Part shown: positions 50,563 through 63,214 of the stretch, piece after piece
How positions within the stretch are numbered: position 1 is the first letter of the stretch
Layout: each line of letters begins with the position of its first letter
From: Eledone cirrhosa
Taxonomy: Eukaryota
NCBI GenBank assembly: GCA_964016885.1
Contig: OZ024757.1
Location: 36,704,001 to 36,768,000 of the forward strand
Direction of reading: 5' to 3'
DNA: 64,000 nt
Made by a program: the position numbers and the translations under genes
Notes under the pieces: model-generated
What the model was told of the DNA's origin: nothing
Database searches by the model: none
The model's input: the letters and a program-made list of their open reading frames with translations, nothing else

Positions 50563-53500
50563 ATATATATTTATTAGCACAGATTAAAAGTTTAAGCAAA
50601 CAATTATTTCTGCTTTCACCTGGACTTTCTATTTATTATTACTTCTATACACATATATATATATAGTATAAAGAGTTGAGACCCCAATGGCTGACCCCAA
50701 TGGCTGAGCTATTTCAACAGCTAGTTCCAGCCTGACATATATATATATATATATATATGATGAACTGCAGGATCATTAAATCTGTTGAACTGTTGGTTCA
50801 ATTAATCTGTAGGATAAATTATGTAATTATATCAATATCTGTTAGATCAATATTACTGTATAAATCAATGGACCAGATCAATAGACCAGGTCTGTTAGAT
50901 CAACAGACCAGATCTAGATCAGATCTGTTAGATCACTATTACTGTATAAATCAACAGATCAGATGTGTTAACTCAACAGACCAGATCTTTTAAATTAATT
51001 ATTACTATTTAACTCAACAGACCACATCTGTTAGATCAATTATTAGTGTATAACTCAACAGACCAGATGTGTTAGACAAACTGAAGTAGTGGATTAATAC
51101 TTACACCGTTGCATTTAGCACATTTCTGAGCATAAGTATTTTCGAAACATGGGATACAGACAACTTCATCTCCACGAGGAATGAAGCTCTTGTTTTTAAT
51201 AGCCTCCTTACAGACGTTGCACAGGAAACATTCTTCATGCCACTGAGTATTTTTGTATTCAAATTTCTTCATTCCTACAACATTAAAACAAACAAACAGA
51301 TAAATAAATAGATATATATATAGTAGTATAATTAATACAAAGAATTGTAAGATATATAATAAATATATATATATAGTTAATACAAAGAATTGTGACATAT
51401 GTAATTAATATATATCTAGTATAGTTTATACAAAACATTGTAAGTTATATAATAAATATATATCTAGTATAGTTTATACAAAGCATTGTGAGATATGTAA
51501 TAGAAGACCGGTACAATGTGGTAGAAAAATACAAATGGTAAATGATGACAAATAATACAGAACAAAGTAATGTTTTACCCAGTGTATTTCAACATAATAT
51601 TTCAGGGTTATAAACCTCTTTTCAAATGTGGGATTGAAACAGTTCAAAGTAAGACGAGCGATCGATGTGCTTAAATAAATAGATAGATATCAGAGAGAAG
51701 CTTTTAGAAAGAAAGTTAAAACTCTCTTTCATCTGTGTGTTCGTATATGTTCCAGCTCGCTGTGTTCCAAGTTTAAATCCTGCTCAGGTCAACATTGCCT
51801 TTCGTTTTTTGGGGGTCTGGGGACAATAAATAAAGGGGGCTGTATTATTACATCTACTACTACTGCCTGTTATACCCACTGGTAAGTAGGGCAGTAATAA
51901 AGGTCCTCCATTCCTGTCTGTCTTGGGCCAGCTTCTGGATGGTACCCCATGTGTGTTACTAGGTCTTCATCTCTCCCTCAACAGTTCTGTGTCAGGGGTT
52001 CTTTGGCCTTCCTCATTTACATCCATTACACCAATCCCTTATAATATTAATTACAAGATAAACTTTGTATGTAAACCAAGAGCTGTAGGCACTTTAAACA
52101 GTTTGTTAACATCCACCACACCAATCCCCTCTAATAATAATTACCAAAATAAACTTTGTATGACGATGAAGAGCTGTGCTTCCTTTATAAAAGTTTCTAA
52201 CATCCATTACACCAATCCCCTAGAACATTAATTGCAAGATAAACTTTATATGATGACGACGAAGGGCCTTACCTCCTTTAAATGGTTTTTTGCAACCATC
52301 ACACCTAGCAGCAAACAGCTCATCATGGCAATCAGAACAGAAAATTTCGTCATCCTTGTAAGCAAAAGGCTGGTTAACAAGGCTCTTATGACACTCACAG
52401 CACTTGAAGCAGGCTTCATGCCAATGTTTGTCTTTGTAGGACAAGTCCTGGAGAATAAAAAAAAGAATGACAGATGAAACAAAAACATATATAAACATAT
52501 ACAATGAACCTCAGTTCACTCACACATAAATATATATATTTTTAGTGAAGGCGTGTGGCTGATTGGTTAGAGAACTGGATTCGCAATTGTGAGGTTGTCA
52601 GTTCGATTCCTGGACTAGGCGATGTGTTATGTCCTTGAGCAAGACACTTTATTTCACGATGCTCCTTCTACCTGGAGTTGCGACCGATACATAGTATTTG
52701 CAATTGGAAAGACCAATGGAAACATTGTTTCCTCGGTCTGATTTGACGAAAGTCGATCGACAAAAAAAATATATATATATTTTAATATAGAAATGGCTTC
52801 TACAGGACTAGAACTATTTCATTCGAAGGAAATCATCAGAGCTTTCCTGATGATTTCCTTCGAATGAAACAGTTCTAGTACTGAAGAAGCCATTTCTATA
52901 TTAAAAAATGTATACTTTGCTATGTATTGAGTACTTTACTTACTGTGGTTACCCCTGATTGAACCCGGGATACACATATTTATATATATATATATTTTCT
53001 CTCAAAGTTGTAAGGGAATCATTCTCAGGCCTGATCAATACAGATCGAACATTGACCTGATCAATCACGAAATGCGCATCACACCTCAATAAATGTAATG
53101 AAGATTTAACACCTTGTCCTTTTTATTATTACTATATATATCACCATCGTGATCATGTATATATATACATGGGTGTTAGGAAGGGCATCAAACTGTGGAA
53201 CTCCTAGCCAAAATACAGTTCTGTTTGAGCAAGGTACTACTCGGCCAGCTGGCCAGTGTCGTGACGTGGATGACCCATCAAACCAATGCAAGTATGGAAA
53301 AATATATGTTAAACGATGATGATGATGATGATATATATATATATATATAATATATATATATATATATAATATATATATATATATAATCAAATTAAAAGAT
53401 ATAGAGCCATATATCGTAAAAGAAACACGGTATATTGTGTATATACCAAATACATATTCTATAGAAGAATATGTACACAGGTGGAATCATAAGTGAAACC

Positions 53501-54446
53501 TTATAGTGCTATGTATTTGGTATATTTACAATATACCGTGTTTCTTTTATCTTTCTCAATATAAACATATAACTTTTAATTTGGTTATTATGGTTCTAGA
53601 TAAAGTCTATTGAGCTTACTTATTGAGAAACACAAAATTCTAAACATATTTAGTATGTCTTCATTCATCATTTGTATATATATATAATGAAGAAAGTGTT
53701 GGGGTCCTGACTCTTTTCCTATATATATATATATCATCATCATCATCATCATCATCATCATTTTATGTCCGCTTTTCCCTGCTTGCAAGGGTGGGACGGG
53801 AACTGATTCTGGCTTGATTTCTACAGCTGGATGCCCTTCCTAACACCAACCTCATTTACAGTGAGTGCTGGGTGCTTTTTTGCCGTGGCACCTCCACGAC
53901 CACTTTACAGTGGAATGATATGGACCCCAGTCCCTATCATCTCATTTCTACAGCTGAGTAATCTGGAACAATGTGAAATAAAGTGTCTTGCTCAAGGAAA
54001 CAACACATCACCCGGTCTGAGAATTGAACTCACAATCTTTCGATTGCACATCACATCACAAACAAATTGGTTCACAAACAATTTTTCTGAACATGGAACT
54101 TCTCGGTTGACAGACAGTACCTTGTGCCAAATAAGGAAACAACTATTATCATTTCATACTTAATGGGTTGATAATATAAAGTACCAGTTACATACTGGGG
54201 TCGATTTATTCGACTTTTCTTCCCCCCCCCCCCCAAAAAAAAAAAATTGCTGGCCTTTTGCCTAAATCAGAAACCATTATTATTTATTATTATTATCAAA
54301 TATTTTTATTGTAAATATTTTTTAACATGACATTTTGTCGTGTTAGAAATGTCAGTCTGCTATTATTAGCGAGAGAAGTTCCTGTCACTGTTTTTTAGTT
54401 TACAACATTGGTATAACAACATGACATTCTGATGTATAAGGGTGGT

Positions 54447-54485
<39 letters not shown>

Positions 54486-56113
54486 GAGGAGGGGAGGTAG
54501 GGGTTTATATTTTATTAAACTTTAATAGCAACAGGTTATGTTGATGTGAAGTTGGAGCAATTGCTTCAGGAACTAACAGATTAAACAGTTGATAACTGTG
54601 TGTGACATGGAGTAAATAGAGTGTGGTGGTGGTAGTGGTGGGGGAAGGGTTTGTGTGTTGTTGGTAGTAGTAATAAAGTATTGATGTTGTTGGTTGTGGT
54701 GGTGATTTGTAGTGGTGTGGTGGTGTGTGAGCATGCAAAAACACAAAGTCTTATAAGTTTCACGCTTAGGAAGAAGTAAATGAGGGTGTCAATATATCAG
54801 ATATAAATCATTCTTGAGGAAATAACATGCTGATGACGTCGGTAAAGTCTTACGTCATGATCTGATGATGTAAGCAGACCATAGAAATACGTAGTAAGAA
54901 TTTCAAGTCTGGCTTAAACAAAATGTAGGAGGTAATATATATATATAGAGAGAGTGAGAGACTGAGAGAGAGAGTGAGAGGGAGAGAGAGGGATGTGTGT
55001 GTTTATTATTCTAGTCAACAAGTGTGTTGTAAGAGAGGTAACATCGACCAAAGATAATTCTTGTTAGTTTGAAATAATTCAGTAAAGGTGGTGGTGGAGG
55101 GGTGGTGGAGGGGTGGTGTAGGGTGGTGGATCTTTGGGAAAGTGCCAAATTTTCTCTCTTCTGCTAATAGTATCATCATAAACATCAGTAACCATCACTA
55201 CCACTATCATCATCATCATCATCGTCATCACCACCACCATACTATAATAACAGCTACCACACATATGCCACCAGCACCAGCACCAGCACCATACTATAAT
55301 AGCAGCTACCACACACACATATACCACTACCACCACCACCATACTATAATAGAAGCTATCACACACACACATACCACTACCACCATCACCATACTATAAT
55401 AACAGCTACTACACATACACCACCACCATCATCATACTATAATTACAGCTACTACACCACCACCATATTATAAATAAAGATATAGCATACGACCACGTGC
55501 AACTACCACTACCATACCACTACCATACTATGATTAAAGACACCACACACTAATAATGTCAGACCCCACCATCACCGTTACCAACACCAATACTATACCC
55601 CCCCCCCCCCCCATACTAACAATACCAGCCACCACCCCGCCCCCAACACACACATCATCTCCCACTACTATAAAACTCTTCATGCCCAATTATGGCTGGT
55701 TTGAAGAATTCTAAGGAAAGAAAACACCACTACCATCTCTACCATCAACATCACCACAATCACTACCATCACCACAATCACCACCACCACCACTACCATC
55801 ACCACAATCACTACCACCACCACTACCATCACCACAATCACCACCACCACCACCTCCACTGGTGAAAGAAATAGGAAATGATTTATAGCAATAAATACTA
55901 CACACACACACACATATATATAATTGTTTCTACTTTTGGCACAAGGCCAGCAATTACTCAGTACATTACTGGTACTTTATTTTATCGACCCTGTAAGGAT
56001 GAAAGGCAAAGTTAACTTCGGCGGTATTTGAACTCAGACCATAAAGAGTCGTAACTCTCTCTCTCTATATATATATAATAAAATCAAACAAGGGCGAGTG
56101 GTTACTCGCTGTA

Positions 56114-56154
<41 letters not shown>

Positions 56155-56829
56155 TTATGTAATAAACAAACATACATATATTATATGTATATATATATAC
56201 ATATAATATATATATATATACATTATATATCTTTATATGACTATATATTACACTAGCATGGGTTAGACGGGTTGTCCTGTTGTGAGACAGGTCAAATCAG
56301 GTGACCATGTCTTACTCATACAGATATATATATACATATATATACATATATATCTGTATATATATTTCTCTCTCTCTACACACACATACACACATCATCA
56401 TCATCATCATTTTACGTCCGCTTTCCCTGCTTGCAAGGGTGGGACGGGTTTTATTAAGCACAGCATATATATATATATATATACATACACACACAGACAT
56501 ATATAATGTAACACATAATTATATACCCAGATATGACAGCTATGTACCCAGGTAGACAAAAAAGACAACCAACATATCTATCATTTGTTATTAATTATGA
56601 TCTGTGTTTTTCTAAAGATGTGTGTGTGTATGAATGGCGAGGGATGTGTGTGTGTGTGTGTGTATGAATAGCGAGAGATGTGTGTGTGTAAGAATGTCTA
56701 GAGATGTGTGTATGTATGAATGGCTAGAGATGTGTGTGTATGTGTATGAATGCCTAGAGATGTGTGTGTATGTTTGTCTAGAGATCTATGAGTGTGTCTA
56801 GAGATATGTGTGTGTATGAATGGCTAGAG

Positions 56830-56860
<31 letters not shown>

Positions 56861-57104
56861 ACTATGTATATATGTGTGTGTGTGTGTCTACATGTGCATG
56901 TCCACCTGTGTATGTGTGTGTGTATGAGTATGCATGCATGCATGTGTTTGTGTGCATGTGTGCATCTATGTGTGTATGTGTGATCCCATTCAAAGTAAGA
57001 CTCCAATTCCTAACTCCAGTTTACTTCGCTGAAGTAAGGAGGGGGGGGTCCCTAAGATAACATCTGTTAATGAGTCATCATCATTTACACACACACACAT
57101 ACAC

Positions 57105-57135
<31 letters not shown>

Positions 57136-57581
57136 TATATACACACATGTACAGACACGCACACACATGTACAAATACACACATGTACAGATACACACAC
57201 ACACATGTACAGATACACACACACACATGTACAGATACACACACACACATGTACAAATACACACACACATGTACAAATACACACACACATGTACAGATAC
57301 ACACACATGTACACCTACATACATATATATATATACATACATACACACATACATCATCATCAGTGATCCGTGGAATGAAGGATGATATTTCCCCAGGTGA
57401 CATCGCCAGGTATGTCTTCTCATGTGTAACCACAGATCTTCTCTGGGATTTGTATATACACCCACTGACACACAGACAGACACACGCAGACACACACACA
57501 TATACACACACACATATACATACACTTGCACACCTCATAGACATAAACAAGAATAGAGAGAGAGTGGAAGAGGGAGTTAAT

Positions 57582-57616
<35 letters not shown>

Positions 57617-57746
57617 TCACATATATATATACACACACACATATATATATATATAAGTATACATATGTATATATTTATGTGTGTGTGTATATATATATAT
57701 ATATGTGTGTGTACATATATCTCCCTGTTTAGGTATATGAGGTGGG

Positions 57747-57812
<66 letters not shown>

Positions 57813-59436
57813 CATATATATATGTATATATGTATGTTTGGCAAATGATAGAGGCGAGATAATTGCTGATAAAGTGGTGGGTTGAAGTAAAACATTGGTA
57901 TTTATTCCGCCCTTATTGTATAGATACCCCTTTATCAGTCTGGCCATCAGAAACAGGGTTCACCAACTATCGGTCTGTTGGAGGTGTATATAACTAGTGT
58001 GGTGTATATAATAATAATAATGAAAACTATTGTGTACAGTGCTCAGGTACACTACGACTCATCAAAGGTGCATGTATAGTACATAGAATAATTATTTCTA
58101 CTTTTGGCACAAGGCCAGCAATTATTCCAGTGCGTTACTGGTACTTTATTTTATCAACCCCGTAAGGATGAAAGGCAAAGTTAACCTCGGCGGGATTTGA
58201 ACTCAGATTATAAAGGGCCGTAACTCTATGCTGCAAAGCATGGTGTCCGACCCTCTACCGATACTGCCAATTCACCGCCCTATAGTACATAGAATAATGT
58301 AGAAATGGTAGGAAAGGCAACAGTGTATGAGTCATGATATACACCCCCCCCACATGTGTGTGTATGGAAGGGGGAATATCAGGTGTAGTGTTGGTGAATT
58401 TTGGGAAGCATAGAGGTTTTGAAGGTATTTATACAGTTAACTAGCTATTGGTCTATTGGAGGCCTTTAATTGGTGTGTTGTAAATAGACAGTTAACTAAG
58501 AACTGGGTGTTGGATGTCTATATAACTGGTGTGTTTTATATAGACAGTTAATTGGGGATTATATCATCATCATCATTACCGTTTTACGTCCGTTCTTCCA
58601 CGCTAGCATGGGTTAGACGGGTTGTCCTGTTGTGGGCAGTGTCTGGTCGGCTGACCATGCCTTGCTCATACAGGAACTGATTTGGCTTGATTTTTACAGC
58701 TGGATGCCCTTCCTAACACCAACCTCATTTACAGAGAGTGCTGGGTGCTTTTTCGTGGTGCCTACACGTCCACTTTACAGTGTGGGCTGGGTGCTTTTTT
58801 GCCGTGGCACCTCCACGACCACCTTGCAGTGGGGGGTGTGGGGGCATATTGTCTATATGCTTCAGACACATATATATGTATGGTATGGACCCGTAATTCC
58901 TGATAGAGTCGTAGGGGTGCTGTATTGACATACAGCATTTCTTGGGTAGTTTTTAAAGCCTAGTGGAGACCATCCCTCTACAGGCCTGAGTACAACAGAT
59001 TTCTTCTAGAGAAAGATAGAGAGTGAGAGAGAGGAAATGAGAAAGAGATATAGAGGAAGAATCAACCCCAGTATTAGACTGGTACTTTTTTTTATCGACC
59101 TCGAAAGGATGAAAGGCAAATTTGACCTTGGCAGGATTTGAACTCAGAGAGCAGAGAGATGGAAAGAACACCATAAAGCATTCTATCTGACGTTCTAATT
59201 ACTCTGTCAATTCGCCACCTATACACACACACATATATATATATATATATTATTTTTTTAATAAGTTTCCAGTGTCCTCGCTATGCCTGGAGACCTATAC
59301 GGAAAAAGACTTTCCTGATGACGGAATGATTTTCTATAAATTTCTTCGGAAGATATATTTACTCCATTCCAGAAACTAATTAGTTGGAAGTGATTTTTTA
59401 GTAAGTAAGTTAATTTTATAATTTTCTTATTTTACG

Positions 59437-59467
<31 letters not shown>

Positions 59468-62129
59468 AATTTTAGTACAGCATTAACGAAGCTTTAGATC
59501 GCGGCCAAGCTAACGAATGCAAATTCGGTATGTAGCTTTAGCACTCGGATGGGGAAAAGTACCCCAGAGTAATAACAATACGTTTAGACAGCTTAGCAAA
59601 TCAAATATAGCGATCGGCAGTCCAGCTGCATCACCAGAGCAACATATATATATACACACACACGTCACGTGATGCGCATGAAAGACGACAGCTGTATAAC
59701 AAAGTGCAGGGCAATAAAGATAGACGGTAGCCACGGAGTAGGCAGACCCAGAAAAACATGGGACGAGCTGATAAATTCCGACCTCACACGCTTACACCTC
59801 TCCAAGACAATGTCACTGGACCGAGACCTTTGGCGGTACTCAGTAATAGAGAAGACCCGCCTTACCTAAATACAAAGTAAAAACCTACTACAGTCAGTAG
59901 GCATCTCTATCAAAACACACCCCCGTCCCACCACCCTCCACCCCACCCACACCGCCCCTTTCAATGTAAAGTTATGTTGGTCCCACAACATCCAGGCCGA
60001 AACAAATGAGATCGTGTAGGTGTCACGACAAAAAACACACAGTCCACGCTGTAAATGTGGCCGTGTAGGCAACACGGTAAAAACCTCCCAGCCCCACACT
60101 GTAAATGTGGTTGGTGTTAGGAAGGGCATCCAGCTGTAGAAAACCCGCCAGACAGTCCACGCTGTAATGTGGCCGTGTAGGCAACACGGTAAAAACCTCC
60201 CAGCCCCACACTGTAAATGTGGTTGGTGTTAGGAAGGGCATCCAACTGTAGAAAACCCGCCAGACAGTCCTATGCGAGCAAGACAACCACTCTTGCCTCA
60301 AGTGGGAAAACCCCCGTCCAAACCCATGCAAGCGTGGAACACGGACACTAAACCTGATGATGATGATGATGATGATACACACACACATGCACATACACAT
60401 ACACCTACACTGGTATGTTGAATCTAGACATCTAATTTAGGAATTGGCCTGTTGGAAGTCTATAACTGGTGTGTTGAAGATATAAAGTTAAGCAGAGATT
60501 AGTCTACTGGAATACTACAACCAACGCCTGCCATTGTTCACAGACAAAACAAGATAGGAGAAAATATATAGAAATAAATGAATAAATAAATAAAAATAAA
60601 CAAAATATCTAATTACCAGCGCACTAATTAACAAAATATGGTTACATTTTACACCATCAGACCATAATTAGGGGGAAAGTAACGTAATTGTGGTTTCACT
60701 TTGGGTTCTAAATTACAAAACTCTTCTAACAGAATATGGTTACATTTTAAGTGTGTGAATGTCTTTGTGTGTGTGTGTGTGTGCATGTGTATATATATAT
60801 GTGTGTGTGTGTGTATGTGTATATATATATGTGTGTGTGTATGTGTATATATATATATGTGTGTGTGTATGTGTATATACATATGTATATGTGTATATAT
60901 GTGTGTGTGTGTATATATGTGTGTGTGTGTATGTGTATATATATGTGTATGTATATATATATATATGTGTGTATATAAATATATGTATATATATGTATGT
61001 GTATATATATATGTATGTGTATATATGTATTAGGAGGAAACTAACCTATGGTTTGACTTTAGGTTCAACATTACAAAACTCTTCAAATAGAACTCGGTAG
61101 AATGTACAACATTACCAATCTTATCTTTCATGTTCACTTTTGTTCAGAAATAATTGGTTTTAAAAAGGTTAAGAATTTTAAATGGAACCAGAAAGATAAT
61201 TTACTCTCTGTTGCCAGTAAATACCACTGGCTTTAGTGACTTTATTTACTCCCTGTTGCTAGTAAATACTTCCAACTCAAGTGACTCTAAAGATAGTAAC
61301 TTCGTGTAAGATTCTTATATAAAATTATGTTGGAAGATGTTAATTTAAATTGGAAACCTTTAAAATGGGTGGTTTTATTTCATAGAACCAGAGCCAGTTT
61401 TGACCAGGCTGGTAAGATAGTAACTTAATGTATGGTTCTTATATAAAATTATGTTGGAAGATCTTAATTTAAATTGGAAACCTTTAAAATGGGTGGTTTT
61501 ATTTCATAGAACCAGAGCCAGTTTTGACCAGGCTGGTAAGATAGTAACTTAATGTATGGTTCTTATATAAAATTATGTTGAAAGATTTTAATTTAACCCT
61601 TTAGCATTTACATTGCTCTGTATATACTATTACATTTTCATGGTAAAGGTTTTACCTCACATAATATTGAATCTATGAGATTGTGATATTATTTATTTTG
61701 AGAACAATACCGTAACATAAATATGAGTGGCCGGTTACAACCGGTTTTAACAGAAAGAGGTGAGAGAATTCTGGCCGGATACCACAGGTTTAAATGCTAA
61801 AGGGTTAAATTGGAAACCTATAAAATAGGTGATTTTTTTTTTTGTGGAACCATAGCTGGTTTTGACTGGCTTGGTAACTAAAGGGTTAAATAAATATTTA
61901 TTTAAAGCCATCTTTTCCTGCTACTTACCTTGTAGTCAGGTCCTACTGGTTTTCTACAGTCATAACAGTTATGGGCAAACAATTCCTGGTAACAAGGTAT
62001 GCAGTATGGGTTCTCATCCTTTAAGATATATCTACAAGCTATCAGTTTCTTGTCACAGTGTTTGCAGGCCAGGTGATCTTTGTGGAAATTCTGTTCCATA
62101 GCTTTTGTGTATTCGGAAGAAAATATTAA
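45580..62129 (-). CDS. Lmpt: Limpet / four-and-a-half-LIM (FHL2-like) protein, 3' five exons; 5' end outside the window
   Basis: Spliced exons give tandem LIM domains with Limpet-diagnostic stretches LIFSxEYTKAM, [20 protein letters not shown], [17 protein letters not shown], [10 protein letters not shown] and [14 protein letters not shown]; all phases close. Confidence 0.88.
46387..46573 (-). CDS. Lmpt: Limpet/FHL exon ([19 protein letters not shown]...CCICSKAIM)
   Basis: gtgtAG / G|gtaagt; 187 nt, phase 0-1. Confidence 0.92.
46690..46940. repeat. 21-23-bp minisatellite (cccaagtgtgtaaactatttc)
   Basis: about 11 tandem copies. Confidence 0.9.
48914..49002 (+). ncRNA. type I hammerhead-like motif, CCGACGA core variant
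   Basis: GUGU-CCGACGA-long stem II-GAAAC-AAUU-GUA^-ACAC, then AATAAA at 49005. Confidence 0.62.
49066..49850 (-). mobile_element. same RTE-derived element with four 112-bp internal repeats
   Basis: identical conceptual translations in ORFs 49108/49310/49422 (+) and 60023/59866 (-). Confidence 0.75.
51105..51274 (-). CDS. Lmpt: Limpet/FHL exon ([16 protein letters not shown]...CAKCNG)
   Basis: ttgtAG / GGT|gtaagt; 170 nt, phase 1-0. Confidence 0.92.
51855..52010 (-). mobile_element. RTE/BovB-like LINE 3' fragment
   Basis: reverse strand reads ..[30 protein letters not shown], with a (TAG)n tail. Confidence 0.55.
52273..52447 (-). CDS. Lmpt: Limpet/FHL exon ([14 protein letters not shown]...[10 protein letters not shown])
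   Basis: ctccAG / G|gtaagg; 175 nt, phase 0-1. Confidence 0.92.
52781..52972. mobile_element. family A palindromic element, copy in LIM-gene intron
   Basis: about 58-bp arms; CTGATGA 52847, GAAAC 52866; same tail as the other copies. Confidence 0.7.
58093..58282 (-). mobile_element. second SINE family (representative; copies near 960-1150, 5700-5910, 7410-7800, 12920-13105, 15048-15225, 26820-27000, 41555-41780, 43200-43555, 55925-56055)
   Basis: GGCAGTATCGGTAGAG..GAGTTCAAATCCCGCCGAGGTTAACTTTGCCTTTCATCCTTACGGGGTCGATAAAATAAAGTACCAG..GTAGAAACAATTA. Confidence 0.8.
59308..59391 (+). ncRNA. type I hammerhead ribozyme with extended stem II
   Basis: ACUUUUC-CUGAUGA-C-GGAAUG...CAUUCC-A-GAAAC-UAAUUA-GUU^-GGAAGU. 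Confidence 0.7.
59670..60375 (+). mobile_element. RTE-type LINE 3' end plus 3'UTR with two 112-bp internal repeats and an (ATG)n tail
   Basis: [26 protein letters not shown]; near-identical inverted copy at 49066-49850. Confidence 0.75.
61597..61804. mobile_element. piggyBac-like MITE inserted in a 124-bp tandem repeat
   Basis: same TIRs, TTAA duplicated; neighbouring repeat units show the empty site. Confidence 0.8.
61929..62129 (-). CDS. Lmpt: Limpet/FHL exon ([22 protein letters not shown]...[13 protein letters not shown])
   Basis: tttatttcAG / AAG|gtaagt; 201 nt, phase 0-0. Confidence 0.9.
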
Positions 62130-62344
62130 CTGAAATAAAAAAGAAAATCAATCATTAGTTATTGAACACAAAGAAAATTTTTTTTTTTTGGTAAATTATA
62201 TAAAACTGGGCTGTAAGAAAAAAACTCATCATCATCATCATCGTCGTCATCATCACTATCATCATCAATGTCCATCTTTATGTGAAACTGGAATACAGGA
62301 GACCAGCTAAACCTGCATAGTGGCTGCTATGACAGCATGATAGA

Positions 62345-63214
62345 TTGGGCACCCCTATCATTAGAACACCTGAGAAACCTCCTATGAGATACGACCTTGT
62401 AGGAAACCAGTTAAACCTACATAGGTGTGAGCTGTAACAACAACTTGATAGGACTGGGGTCCCTCTTATCCTTAAAACACCTGAGAAACCTCCTATGAGA
62501 TATGACCTAGTAGGAAACCAGTTAAACCTACACAGGTGTGAGCTGTAACAACAACTTGATAGGACTGGGGTCCCTCTTATCCTTAAAACACCTGAGAAAC
62601 CTCCTATGAGATATGACCTAGTAGGAAACCAGTTAAACCTACACAGGTGTGAGCTGTAACAACAACTTGATAGGACTGGGGTCCCTCTTATCCTTAAAAC
62701 ACCTGAGAAACCTCCTATGAGATATGACCTAGTAGGAAACCAGTTAAACCTACACAGGTGTGAGCTGTAACAACAACTTGATAGGACTGGGGTCCCTCTT
62801 ATCCTTAAAACACCTGAGAAACCTCCTATGAGATATGACCTAGTAGGAAACCAGTTAAACCTACACAGGTGTGAGCTGTAACAACAACTTGATAGGACTG
62901 GGGTCCCTCTTATCCTTAAAACACCTGAGAAACCTCCTATGAGATATGACCTAGTAGGAAACCAGTTAAACCTACATAGGTGTGAGCTGTAACAACAACT
63001 TGATAGGACTGGGGTCCCTCTTATCCTTAAAACACCTGAGAAACCTCCTATGAGATACGACCTAGTAGGAAACCAGTTAAACCTACACAGGTGTGAGCTG
63101 TAACAACAACTTGATAGGACTGGGGTCCCTCTTATCCTTAAAACACCTGAGAAACCTCCTATGAGATACGACCTAGTAGGAAACCAGTTAAACCTACATA
63201 GGTGTGAGCTGTAA
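62345..63214. repeat. 111-bp tandem array, about 7.6 near-identical copies
   Basis: ctgagaaacc recurs at 62370, 62481, 62592, 62703, 62814, 62925, 63036 and 63147. Confidence 0.95.

Noticed and set aside
62345-63214. CRISPR-like regular array or 37-codon repeat protein
   Set aside because: Units are contiguous with no unique spacers, there are no cas genes, the context is a eukaryotic intron, and the ORF track shows no open frame.
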